A DNA stretch of 63,270 nucleotides, counting the filler, from Platydemus manokwari (lineage: Eukaryota), in assembly GCA_037951405.1 (NCBI GenBank). It is 5 parts of 5 records of this genome, joined end to end, with 100 filler letters (N's around TTAATTAATTAA, not from the genome) between each part and the next. Parts side by side here need not be neighbours in the genome. Positions count along the whole stretch, not along the records: positions 1 to 15,196 come from JBBMOY011325872.1; positions 15,297 to 24,145 come from JBBMOY011339649.1; positions 24,246 to 40,602 come from JBBMOY011183655.1; 2 more parts are not named here. One strand, 5' to 3'. The translations under genes were made by a program, and so were the position numbers. This document shows, in pieces, positions 10,956 to 24,324 of this stretch; the first letter of the stretch is position 1, and the number at the start of each line of letters is the position of its first letter. A model generated the notes under the pieces. The model was not told the origin of the DNA. It ran no database searches and saw nothing but the letters and a program-made list of their open reading frames with translations.

Positions 10956-13900
10956 AATAAATGCCTTATCTATATTAATTCATTATCTATCAATTTGACT
11001 GCTATCATTTGTCTGATTATATAAAATTTGTCAAAATCTTTCATAGAAAATTTGGCTCTACAAAAATTCTCTGAATACCTTTCATTTACAATCTCTTTCA
11101 ATGGCAATATCTCCTATTTCTAATGATTGATTGAAACGTTTTTTAAAGGCTTAACACAATAATAGAGTTTTTCAAAGATTTCTATTCATCATCTCAATGA
11201 ATGTTTATTTATTGTTTTGGGTTAATTACTGTTTAATATTATCGTTGTGTGCATGCACAGGAAGTGCGATATTTAAAATAAATTATTAAATAGCGAAAAC
11301 AAAGATCATTTATTTTTAACAATAAATCTGAATTGTTAATTTTCGAGTGTAAACTTACTGTTCTCTTCCTATACATATAACCATTATAATTATTAGTAAA
11401 ATGATTATATTTATTATCAACTTTAAAGAAAAATTAATATTTATTTCACCTAAACGTAGTCTTCGACTTTATAAAAATGGATTAATTTCGTTTTATACCG
11501 TTAATCCGGATACTGGACGAGACATCTATCTTCATTCCATTGCTTATTTGAGCACCGAATATTGGGACTTGCATGAAATTTCATTGATTTTTGAGTTTTT
11601 ATTTGATGAGGAGAGTTGATGGTCAAGCTGATGCGATCGACAACTGAGCAGATTGAAATATATTGGTTGTGGTGTATTGAATTGATCTTTTGGTGAAGTT
11701 CTGGACAAGGTTGTCGGGTTCATGTCTATAAGTTCGAGATGTCATTGTATATTCGTGTTTCATCGAAGATTTTCATAAACCACTTTATCGCACAGTTGAC
11801 ATTAAAATTGGCTTCCGAGCCCAGTCATTCAGAGAAAATTGTATTGCATTGTATTGATTTCCTGGTAAAATGCTAGTATAAGCCCAATATTTCCCCAGAG
11901 AGTAGTCTTTGAATGATATCTGAATAAAATGAGTAAATAAAGTTACGCGAGATAAGTAGTAGTTAAAAGATGGTCAGGAGCAATTCAAAAGCTTCAATAT
12001 AATATTTTTTCAACATATTGGATTTAAAACCCACTAATTTCTGCTTGAAATTAATATTAGAATATTTCTTCAACATCATCATCAATAGCTAATTTAAATA
12101 ATCTTAATTATGAAATAATCTTTGAAAATTAGACGATTTCATGTCCTTTAGAGTACACTATTTGTTAGACTGTTATCATTAATCGATATGAGTTCGGCAA
12201 ACTTAAAACTGTTTGGTTTCGAATATGGATATAGACCATTATTGTTGCTTATGGAAAATCCAATTTACGTAGATAACATACTTGAATTTTTAAAATATTA
12301 CTATTGAAGATTCAATACAGAAACAAAACAAAGAAACAGCAATGATCGTGAATAACAATAAAAAGAAAATGATATACTTCGCCGATTGCCGCTGATTCAA
12401 AATATCCTGGTAAACTGCTTTACGGGAGTCTCGCAAGGTTGACAATTTGATAATCCAGATTCTATATCCACAATTTATTAGTTAATTTTATGATTAAGTA
12501 AATCAAAGCTTTACTGACCCAAACATTATCAACTAAATTAAAATATCCTATTTTGCATATTAATGGCCTAAAAATAAAGAACCAGTTACTATCACAATAA
12601 TATCTCAATTATCAATAATATCTCTAAAAAGAGGCCATTTCAATATCAATACAAATCTACCATTTTGTTTAAAAAAGTCGCTTTCGGTGGTAATGAAGCC
12701 TTAGCCCGATTTGATATGTTTAATTTTTGTGAGTGAAGTTTCTTGTTCCGGAAGAAATTCGATATCTTCCAGAATCTTAAGAAACTATTCCAAGAATTGA
12801 AATTGATTGATAAAGTTTTGATGGTGGGGATTGGCTTATTGTTACACGTTTATTTATCCGCTGCGAGAATAAGGCTTGATGTTTGCTTTAGTTTGTTTGA
12901 AGTGCTTTTGAGGATTATGTTGCATTGGAAGAATTGGTTATCGTGGTGTAATTGCATTGAGGATTATTTTCTATCTGTTTGTTTTGGTATTTCAGTAAGT
13001 GCTAGAATGAGAGCAATCTGAGTAAGAGAATTTTATTTATTTTACAAAGATGTTCTTTATTTACGACTTAATATTTATATTTATTAGATCCCTGAAAATA
13101 AAAGGGATTCTAACTGATCTGTATAAGCGTGAAAGTGATCTTAAAAAGTGTAGAAATTCAGAAGGAAGAAATAATCTTGATATATATATCTTATCAAGGC
13201 CTAGAAGAATAAGGGCTTTATCACTATACAGATCACAGGAACCTTATAACACTAATGTTCAAAATATCAAGGTGTACGTCATGCCTATGTTCAGGGGAGT
13301 TGAAAAACAAAAACCCAAGAGATTTGGAAGAATTAATTATGTACATAATAGCAATATACTCGGACAGCAAAAGATAGAATGAAAAGATGTCAATGACTGT
13401 TTGCTCATATGAACAGTGAAAAAGGAGAAATGTCGAAACTGAATTGGCAAGATATGCAGCAACATCTAATAAATAAGGGCTAATAATAAGCGAAGGTGAC
13501 AAAGATAAAGTTGCTCATAAAATATGGCGACAATGGGAAGAAGTGGAAAAAAGCCTAGAGGCTAAAAAAGGACAAAAGTGAGGTCGAGCGGAAGACTGAG
13601 AAGATGGAAAGCCAAACATTTTGTGGAGGCCGGATTCAAATTCAAATTCAAACCTCAATCCAATCCAATATAATTTGACATCTGACAAAATTTTAATTTG
13701 TTATTTATTGGATAATTACGATTGGATGATCACGATTAGTACAATAATGATAATTTTGATTATTTTTTGAAGTTTTATAAAATTTTTCTATAATAAATGT
13801 TTATCAATTATAAAATAAGTTATTTGGAATAAGATTTTGAAAAATAAAATCAATAAAAAAGAAATCAATCAACGTCTGATAACACAGCTAAGTTTATTCG

Positions 13901-15196
13901 AATTTTTCTTGCACTTCATATGCTCATATCACAGCTATTTGTATGTAATGATTAAAGGATGACAGTCAGTTTAAGAAATTTATAACCTTAGTATTCATTG
14001 TCATACGTTAATCCTAGTTTTCGAATTCTTATCAATTAGTGTAAAATCCGATATTATAACCATAATCATCGTTCCAATAATTTAATTTTCATAACTGCTA
14101 GGATGCTACATTATTATAGCTCTGTCATTATTATAGGTCCAACATATGATTTTACGACGAAGTGAGCACCGGTACTAGTATGAAGGAATTTCTTATAACA
14201 GAATAAATTATGAAAATAATGAGGAAATTAAAATTTTAGTAGTAAAATGTATTTTAAAATATATTTCTATTCATCATCGTTATTAATGTCATTTGCACAC
14301 CTTATAAACAAATATGAGTTTGTCTATAAATTTAACATTTTTATTGTTTTGTTAAAACTGGCCTTGATGGTGTTGTGTTTGTATGACTGAAGCTTCCACA
14401 AAAAAGGTAATGGTCAAATGATAATCATCCTGACTGTTGAAAACAAGTCGTTCATTTATTAAATGATATGTTTATATGCAATAATTTATTAATAGTTTAT
14501 CTATTATAATGGTTAATTTGTTGGGTCTACCTGGTGTAGTACGCAATAAAACTAATCAACTTATTAATCTGACTCCAAAGGACAAATAATGTATACCACT
14601 AAGATATATTTTTATCATACTGTACAGATTTTATTTCACTATAGCCAAGCTCTTAAATATCGTTCTGTCAATTTAACAAGAGCGGAATGAATCCATATAC
14701 AATTTTGAAATACCTGTCGAGATAAATTGACATCTGACCTAACCACTACCTTTGATAATACTTTTCCAATACTTTTACACTTGAATACAACAGACAATGT
14801 TTATTGATGCTCTATATGAGGATTTAAAATAAATTAAAATTAAAAAAATTTAAAAATCAGATTTTTATAAAATATGAATTTGTTTGAATAAATGTGATTA
14901 AAATATAATTTCATGTAGCAACTTCATAAATAGTAGCGGGTTACATAGTGACCACACATTTGAATTCTATTCTTAGGATGCTTATGGAAGTACAGAAAAG
15001 AAGTTGGAAGGTATAGAAAAGATGTGAAGAGGATATAGCAAAGTTGTGTAGAAGATATAGAAAAGAAGAACTGAACCTATAAAGAAGATATAGAAATGAT
15101 ATAGGGTAAAAATATAGTAGAAAAGAAATCAAGCAAAAAAGAATGGTGATACTTTTGGAGATATCTTTTACAAATTATTAAATAAATCAATTTATG

Positions 15197-15296
15197 NNNN
15201 NNNNNNNNNNNNNNNNNNNNNNNNNNNNNNNNNNNNNNNNTTAATTAATTAANNNNNNNNNNNNNNNNNNNNNNNNNNNNNNNNNNNNNNNNNNNN
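15197..15296. other. Artificial contig spacer (44 N + TTAATTAATTAA + 44 N)
   Basis: The same 100-nt structure occurs four times; the 12-mer gives stop codons in all six frames. Confidence 0.97.
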
Positions 15297-16379
15297 ATTG
15301 TGAAATAATAGAAAAATATTTTGAAATTATCATAGATGTGGAAAATTATCGATTATGCTGTTTTGTAGGTTTATATTATTCAAAATTTTTTATGATTATA
15401 AGTGAATGTAAGTTGGAGTCACAGACTAAATAATTTTATTTGTGTAAAGATGAATGGAAATAATTTTACTTAGAAATATAGAAAATATCAAAATGTATGA
15501 ACGAAATACCAATCACAACATAATAATTACAAACTTGTACATTTTCCAATAACGTTAAAGATTTATCATTCTTTGGCGGTGGACATTGGGGAATAATCTC
15601 AATTATTTATTTTTGTCTATTGTTTATTTTCACTAAAAGTCTGGCAAAACATACCTCTGATAAAATGAAGCAACCAGAAACAGCAGTCAAGTATGTATTA
15701 ATTGCAAAAACAAGAAACAACATTTCTGAATAATATTTTAATTATAGTATTAAATTTAATAGAGTGATTTTTCCATTCTTAATAATCAGACTCATAAGAA
15801 TTGCCGGGTAAAAAACTAGAAATAAAATGATTGTAAATATTTTCCGAAATAAATCATTCTAACTAGAATTACTCAAATAAGAAAAAAGTATCACTAACAC
15901 TTGTAATATTTTAGGAATATATATTACAGCAAATAATCACAATGAAATCAGAAATCGTTTATTTAAAATTCTAAATTTAAACAAATTATTAACTTACAAA
16001 TTTCAAATTTGATTGTAGTGGTTGCTTTGTGGTATTAATGAAGTAATTATCTGAGCATTTATCAGATTGCTTATCTTTCTCCGGTTTGTAGTCATGCTCT
16101 AAAAATGTGTATATTTACAAAATGGTTTAAAAAATTTATTTTAAAAACAAATTGACATTTCACCCTTTAATTTCAAAAGAAGATATGAATAATTAATAAT
16201 ATTATTAGTCCGAAAATTTTGTAAACACGAATATTAAAAAAATATAATATAATGACATAAAAGTAATAAAGATTTTATTCATATTTTTAAATTTCTATTA
16301 TAGAGTCAAAAGAAATTTTGAACCACAAAAATCATTAATTTTTCAAATTAAATAACTCTGAAGACTTTTATATATTGTT

Positions 16380-17348
16380 ATATTCTACTATTTCATAAAA
16401 TATGAAATTGAAAAAGAATAAAAGAACTTCAAACCGTTTATGGAGAAAAAGCAATTAATGAACGAACACCACAAAAATGGTTTTCGAAATTTAACAGTGG
16501 AAATTTTGATCAGACCAATCTAGTGACTTTGATGAAGGTTATTTGAACCAATTGATTCATGATTATTCGCACCAATCGACACGAGCACTTGGACAAGCTA
16601 AGGATTACGATCACAGCACTATATCTCGATATCTCAAGAAATTTCGAAAAGTTCAAAAACTTGGATCATGGGTACCTCACCTTCTCAAAGAAAGTCACAA
16701 AAAATCAACGTATTTCGATTTCTATATCTTTACTTGTTCGTCATCACAAAACAGCTTGGGTAAGTCCTCAAAAGCAACCACGTGCGAAACTTTAAGTTCA
16801 CTAACTCAAAATCTTGTGCGTTTGGTGTTGTTCATTACGAAATCCTATCCAGAAACCAAACAATCAATCCCGAACTTTATTGTGAACAGCTCAAGCGAGC
16901 GAACACTGCAATCAAAGTGAAAAGGACCAATAAGAAGCAGATGATTTTAAAGTATGACAATTCTCGGCCTCATGAAGCCACAATGACAAAGTTAGCTATT
17001 GAAGAGTTTCGCTAGGAAGTTCTTCACCATCCTCCAGTTTTCATCTTTTTCACTCAGTGTCGAACCAACTCACATTTGAAAACGAAGAAACAATGACAAG
17101 AAATTTTTCGTCCAAAAATCACCAAGCTTCTTCAAACATGTGATTGACACGTTGCCAGAACGGTGGAAGGGAGTAATTGATCGTGGCGGAGAATACCTCA
17201 CCGATAGAGACTGAGATATTTGTTTTTTTCTAATGATTTCATAAATTCATTTTGTTATCTGGAATTTTTTGCATTGTTTTTTATTCTTGATCAGTATGTA
17301 ATTTTCATAATAGTAAAAAACCGCACGAACTTATGCGCCAACCCAATA
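16380..17348 (+). mobile_element. Decayed mariner transposon with right terminal inverted repeat
   Basis: Frameshifted transposase motifs: GEKAINERTPQKWFSKFNSG (HTH), WVPHLL, YCEQL, YDNSRPH (HDNARPH-like) and LPERWKGVIDRGGEY. It ends in aaaaaccgcacgaacttatgcgccaacccaa followed by TA. Confidence 0.92.
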
Positions 17349-17764
17349 ATTCAGATTTATTTACGTACATTTCCTATTAAATGACAGAAACTTTGGATAT
17401 ATTCTTTATGCAGGATTTATCGATTTATTCATTTATTTAAGTTCCAAAAAATTAAAATAATAAGAATGTTCATACCAGCACTTTCTTATGAATTATTCAT
17501 GTGCTAATTCTGAAAAACTTAAATGATCTATACATAAAAATTTGGTTAGCGGCGGCTTAAGTTAAGATTAAAATACAAAGTGACAACAATAGTTCAAACG
17601 AAAATAGTAAAAACACTTGAAAATAAATGAAAGAACCGACAAAACTTCTTATACAAATTATGAACCCAAAACAAGCAACATAAAATGTTTTCTGTAGGAA
17701 AAGCGTAAAACATGTTATCATATAGAAATTTGTTTTAGACGCAGTCCTTGTTTTGTTCTTTTAT

Positions 17765-20700
17765 CTAACTGGAAACGAGTTGAGCATGCAGGCCCTTAGT
17801 CAACCCATCGGATATCCTGGATTCCACGAAACTTGATTGAAAACCACTGGTTTTATATGTTTTTTCTGATACGGTTAAAGATTCTTTCTCTAAAATGAAG
17901 CTAAACAGACTGATATGTATAGAATAATCTTTGTCATAATTGAATTTATTTGATCTATAGATTATCATAATTTCGAAGAAATGATTTTCAAAGTCACTTC
18001 TCTTAGACGTATTTACATCCATCAGGCTTGCTCGATTTACAAAGGGGAATTCTGATTTTATACCATTAAAAAATTTGATTTAATTCTGAATTGGGTTAAA
18101 AAAATATTAAAACTTTATCCAAATGGTAACAAATCACAAGTAGAAAATTACCTGGTATTGGATTTTTGTTGAATTGTGAAGAATTCGATGAATTAATCAA
18201 ACATTCAGTTGAAACCTGAGATCTATGGACTTCGTCATTCTCATCACTATCTGAATCTCTGGAATCTCTCAGAATAGAATTACGTTCCGAACATCTGACA
18301 TTACTATCTTTATTCGATTTTGCAGTTTGGTCTTGATTTGAATTCTTTTTGTCTTGATCTGATGATTGAATCGAATTTTTATTTTCTATACAATATTTCA
18401 CAGATTGCTGATTATTAGTTTCTGAATTGAAGAGATTTCTTTGTTGCTGTTCGTGACGTGAGGTTTCCTTGGGATTGTTTTCCATCTCAATGAAACTATG
18501 TGGCAACAAAGGTTCAACTTTTGCACTTTCAGTAGTGTGCGAAGAATTTTCTATTATCAATTCCGAGGTAGGCTGCTGAATGGATCCAATATTATGATGT
18601 TCGGCTTCTCCTCGATACTTCAAATAGTCAAATTTATATATAAAGTCATAAGAACTCATAATTTTTTACTCTTTGTTGTCGTTCTGCTTGCACCCGCCGA
18701 CGACGAGCGTTCTTTTTAACAAGAGCTTTGTAATTCGCGGTCTTTTTCGTTAGATAATAATATTGAATACAATCTGAAGCGGTTTTCTTTTGTAAAAATG
18801 AGGCAATTCTACCAAAATTTTTCGGAGTATTTATATACTGTTCTTTGAAAATATCAATTTCTTCTCGTGACCAATTGTTTTTATAATTTTGAAAATTTAT
18901 ATGCTTATGTTTGGGATCTTTAATCAATCGAGCGCATTCAATAAGTCCAAAATTCTTATTCCAACACGGAAGAATAATGGGGGGATCGATTGCATATTCC
19001 TTCATTTTCTCGTTTTCTTTTATAGAATCATAAGGAGTATGAGATCGTTGTTGTTCTGACATATTTACACCATTACAATTATGAGTTACACTGCGAGTAT
19101 TGGCAAATGTATTTGCTACAGAACCATTATCGTAATTAACTAAATTATTTTATAACGACTTAATAAACATTATGAACAAACTACAGTTAAGGCCATCACC
19201 CAGATCGGTTGTATCTTTCTCTTTATCCTCACGATTGCGTTTGATTTCGGGAAATACTTTTTCAAATTGTTCTCGGTATTTCAACTCTTTTTGTCTTCGT
19301 TTCACACTATTCTCAGACTTTTCTAATCGCTTGTACCAAGCCTAATAAATGGTTTTATATTTAATCCAATTATTAAATATATTACTTTAGAAGAAACTTC
19401 ATAGTTTTGGGCTAATATTTTCAATCTAGCTCTTTCTGCCAACTTTCTTCGACGAATATATTTCATTAAAATCGGCTTAAAGTTTTTGTGAAAATGATTT
19501 TTAACATTCATTAATAATTCAATGTCGGATGGTTGTTTATATATAGGTAAAGAAAGCGGACTCCAAGACAAATTATCACCACAAAACCGCTGAAATAATT
19601 GATGCTGTTCAGATGCCTTCCGTTGATTGTTCGCGATTATTAATTGAATTGGATCCCTTGATAGTGGAACGCATGAATCCTCCTAACAAAAATTATATTT
19701 AGGTGGTCCGAGCTTTGTATTTATTTAATAACGTAATATATAATAAGTTAATATACTCCTGATAAATATACTTCTCAAATATTAAAAATTACAGTCGGGT
19801 AAAATGAAAGGAAAAATCATTAAACAACTTGTTAAGATTGAAAAGCATGCGACAGTAACGTATTCTATAATTTTAGTCAAGTATTTGTTAGCAATAACTA
19901 GTAATAGCCTTCCTAAAATCTAAAAAAAATCACGCGATAAATTAACGTCAGGTGATTTGTTGTTTATGCTAAAAATATGCATTGCAACTGACAACAATTT
20001 TCTAACAAATTTCAAGGTAATAGAATATGAAATTTTACAGAATTATTCTAGTAACATTGAAATAATTTAAGTTAACTGGATTTTTAAAAGGGATAGAAAA
20101 GACTAAGAAAACAAATAACAATATATTAATGATTGAATTTGCACATTATTATGGGGCAAATATACCAAGCCAAATTAATTGAATAAATAATCAAATCAAA
20201 CACATTAATGAACGTCTAGATAAATGATACTGCTCATCTAAAATTAATTTATTTGCTTATAGAAATCTGTTACGGAAATTTTAAGATATATTCTTCGGCT
20301 GAAATTGTGAATAATACAAAACCGCGTTAGTGACATAAATTTTCAGAGCATATCATAAGAAAAATAAATAATAACTTATTCTTAGTTCACATTCTCATAT
20401 AATTATAACACGACTATATTTGATATTTTTAAGATGTTAGGCCACCTTTTCACATAAAAATTGTTATTATATTTAATAATAATATTATATTTAAAGTTTC
20501 AATTTTATAAACGTATTTCTAAAAGGAGACAACAACGAAAACTTATATTTAAATTATTTATATTGATTTCTTTGAGAATAGCATTTGAGAATTCTGCATT
20601 TCTTGCAAAATTTTTTAGTTTATTTCGCACTTATTATCGCTGTTTTTCGACAGTCAATATATTATTGTTAAATTTTTTGATACAGATCAAAATGTGACCT

Positions 20701-23700
20701 ACCATTTAGAAACAAAATGATTTGGAGCATTTATCTACCTTAACATAATCAAACTAATCGATGAAATTGTTTCAAAGATAAAAATTTAAACAATAAATCG
20801 TTAGGAGACATTAACATACAAAACTGAATGAAACAAAAATCATTAAAATTATTAAAAATTAAATTAAAAACAAAATGAAATATTTTAAACAAATTCTCAT
20901 ACTGCAATTAAAATTATTCAATAATTTTGTTGGGAAATTTTATTAGATCGCAATAAAAAATGAAATCGAAAGATACCTCTTTACTATAATTATCAAAATT
21001 CGGTTGATTGATTTTATTATTCAAAACCTCTGTTTTATCTCTGAGACGATTGACGTGTACTTGCTGCTTTAAAATTTCATTTTCTACATCTCTCAATTTT
21101 TCTCCTATATCATCTTTCTCTGTAACACCTTTTAAATCACAATGATGCATATCATCAGGAACAGGCGAAATAGCTTCGACCTATAAATCATAAGAGAAAT
21201 AGTATCTAAAAATCGACTTACTTGAGGATAGTAACTGGGTTCTTTATTTTGCCATATTCCATTCGATGATGATATATTACCTATTATATTTGAATATATT
21301 AAATTTTACAAATTACTTTAAATAAAAATTTAACAATTTGCACATGTTTCTTACTGATTCTATTTGTTTAATAAAACCTATTTGATTATTGATATTTTTA
21401 GTATTGATTTTATTTTGGCTAAAATTTCAGTTCAAAATGAAAACTATTTATCATTAATCTATGCTTTGTTATGAAATGATTAGATAAAAATTTAACTATT
21501 CAATACATTTCAGTGCCTCCTCTTTCTAGATATTTAAAATTAGAGATTACGATGATAAGATATGTTTTAAGTGGGTTTAATAAAGTTTGTTAGCTATAAG
21601 TACACTATTTATTAGTAATAAAAACATATTTATCAATAAGACGTAGGTTCATAGAAATTTAATTCAATAATCATACGGGTAGGTTAATACCGAATAAGAA
21701 ATTATGAATATTGATATTTGTCTTTTATATATACCTTAACATATATCTGACTTTTCGTTCATTGAACCATTTTTGGTTTTGTCAATGCAATAAGAAAATT
21801 CTTATGGTGCAAAAGATTAATAAAAGTGCACCAAAACTTATAATTTCATAATAAAATATCGATTAGTATAATATTGTTTACAATTATGAATCCATATTTT
21901 AACCATAATAAACTCAATACGGAATATAAATAAAATAATTTTATTAAAAATTCTCTAGTGGTAATTAATATCAATTAGATGTTCAAAAATTAAATAAATT
22001 GTATTTATTTATCGATATTTTTATTAAAAACAAAATTTGTAACCATATAAATTGAAAAAAATATTGTTTAAAATAATGCTATACAAGACAACAAATAAGC
22101 CTTTCAACAATTCTTGACTGATGTAATTTGTAATATTCAAGCTTTTCCAACGTAAACACTATCTGGAATCGTAAAATCTTTACATGAGCCACGCAATGTT
22201 CAATAAAACATAGCTTTGCATTGTAATAGAATTTCATTTGGAAATTATTCCCAGACAAAACAAATACAAATAATCAATTCAAAAGACAAATGCAGTCATA
22301 AACACATTGAATTATTGTTAAAATTGGGAATACTTTCTTTAAAATGAGCCAGAAGTTAATTAAAGTGGATATTTGGACGAGTAAATAATAATCCAAGATT
22401 GCCAACATAGAAAAACAATTTATTGATAATTTCAGGTTTAAACTTATTAAATGAATAATTTTGCAAGTGTTTGCAACAGATTGGGTGGAGATTTGAAGAT
22501 ATAATGTTGAATTGGATAAATTCAATCGGATCAATTAGATGTATACTGAAAGCGAGTGATACAAATTAAAAAGGAAAGAACATTGAAAGATTCTACGAAA
22601 ATCGTTTATTAGACAAATGATCATGCACATACTAAAACAATACTAAAAGCCCATAATAAATTTTGTAATAATAATCCATGGAAAACAATTGAAATATAAA
22701 ATTACCTAGTATATATAATAGAAAACGAAAACAACGGGAAAATTGTTTTAAACAAAGAATAGCATGTTTAATATTTAATTTTTACAACTATTATTGCTTT
22801 TTAAAACTTAAAAATTATTATAAAATCATTTTTAATCAAGAAATTTTAAGTGACAAAAATATATATAATTACACAAACCTTTATAAATAGGCATATTTTG
22901 AATGTGTTTTTGGGGACTTGATGATAACTTATTTTTATTATCTGAATGATTCAAATTTATAAAATGAGAACCCTGAGAAATACTATTAGGATTCTGATGG
23001 CTCATATTGGTAAAATCATGAGAAAGTCGTGGTCGTTTATTAGGAGGTTGTGACAATAAATGCAATCTTTTGTTGGCTTGAAATATTCCAGATTGGCTAA
23101 TGTGTTGAGCATTTAATGGATAATTAGAAGAATTAACACGATTTGATACATCTGAATTCAATTTACTGCACGATTGATGTAATTGATTATTCTGTAAAGC
23201 ATCATTTTTAGTTACTGTTAAAATAAAGTAAGTAATTTAAAAAATCCATTGTATAACCATTTAATTGGGGTAAAACATTCCCCTGTCTGGTTTGCTGCAA
23301 AGTGTTATTCAACAATAACTGATTATGACTATAATTTTGATGCTTAAATTGATTAGATAAAATGTTATTAGGAGACATTGACAAATTCCTTGATTGGAAT
23401 GGATTTCCATCAGGTAAATACCGATAATTTAATAACTCATCAGTACCTGAAATTTAAATTTCTATCTTATAAATCAATTATTTACAATATACCTTTTTCA
23501 CGAGTGCGTTGGTTTTGTAATGAAAATGTCCCGTGTGATCCTGATATATTTGGATTTAAGCTCCTCGCGAAAGCTCCATTTATGGAATTATTTAATTCAT
23601 TATGAGAAGGTCGACTAACAGATCCTATGGATGAAGGGTGAAAGGCAGAAGTATAAGGGCCATTACTCATTTGGGCATTTTCCGTGGAAAAGTTAATCAG

Positions 23701-23766
23701 AGAATTGCCATTATTTTGTCTTAAATTTGGAGTTGATTTTTCAGTTGTTGAATAAATTCCACCCAT
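17765..23766 (-). CDS. NCOR: Nuclear receptor corepressor (NCoR/SMRT/SMRTER) homolog, multi-exon, apparently short form
   Basis: NCoR motifs appear in the expected order: KRPRL; YYPQ|VEAISP; coiled coil; IIANNQRKA...LPIYKQPSD; AWYKRLEKSEN...REQFEKVFPEI; DAD/SANT1 WSREEIDIFKEQYINTPKNFGRIASFLQKKTASDCIQYYYLTKK. The apparent frameshift at 18618-18669 is a 52-nt GT-AG intron. The last exon is uncertain. Confidence 0.92.
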
Positions 23767-24145
23767 ATTAATTAAAAATTCATGATATTTACGTATTAGT
23801 AAAATTTATTAAAACAAAATCTAAACACAAATTAGGATCACTAATTTCAGATAATTTTAACTTACTACAGTTAATTATTTAAAAACAAATAGTATATCTC
23901 TGAAAGTTTTATAAAAATATTTATAATTTAACATGTAAAATTATAATATCTGAATTTAGATATAGTATAAAGTATTTGCAATTGTTTTATACAATCTTCT
24001 AATTATATTTGGGAATCACGAAGAATTAGTTTTCGATAAGAATATTTGTGGTTTCATTAATTTTGAAAAAGTAGTTTTAAATTTAACTTTAAATTTTCAA
24101 ATTTTCATGACTTACTCTACTTTGAATTAGTTTTCTTATATTTTC

Positions 24146-24245
24146 NNNNNNNNNNNNNNNNNNNNNNNNNNNNNNNNNNNNNNNNNNNNTTAATTAATTA
24201 ANNNNNNNNNNNNNNNNNNNNNNNNNNNNNNNNNNNNNNNNNNNN
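24146..24245. other. Artificial contig spacer (44 N + TTAATTAATTAA + 44 N)
   Basis: Same structure as 15197-15296. Confidence 0.97.
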
Positions 24246-24324
24246 ATAAATTTTGTTTTGTTTGTGTTTTGTTTTTTTTGTTTAGCGAAAAAACCGGAAA
24301 GGAATTACCGACACACCTGGTATA
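24246..24324 (+). mobile_element. Mariner-like right terminal repeat at a contig edge
   Basis: aaaaaaccggaaaggaattaccgacacacctggtata resembles mariner 3' ends and finishes at TA; it lies next to the gap. Confidence 0.5.

Noticed and set aside
11401-12480. Higher-complexity region with short ORFs, considered as a far 3' NCoR exon or a separate gene
   Set aside because: No recognisable domain, stops in all frames, no LSD/CoRNR motif, and it lies across an assembly gap from NCoR.
12700-13620. Overlapping 89-110 aa ORFs on both strands
   Set aside because: No motif I can identify; probably a decayed repeat.
15241-15252. Recurrent palindromic TTAATTAATTAA as a biological repeat or CRISPR-like unit
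   Set aside because: Always centred in an exact 100-nt N gap; it is an artificial linker.
18618-18669. Apparent programmed frameshift between overlapping NCoR ORFs
   Set aside because: Fully explained by a 52-nt GT-AG intron in phase 0.
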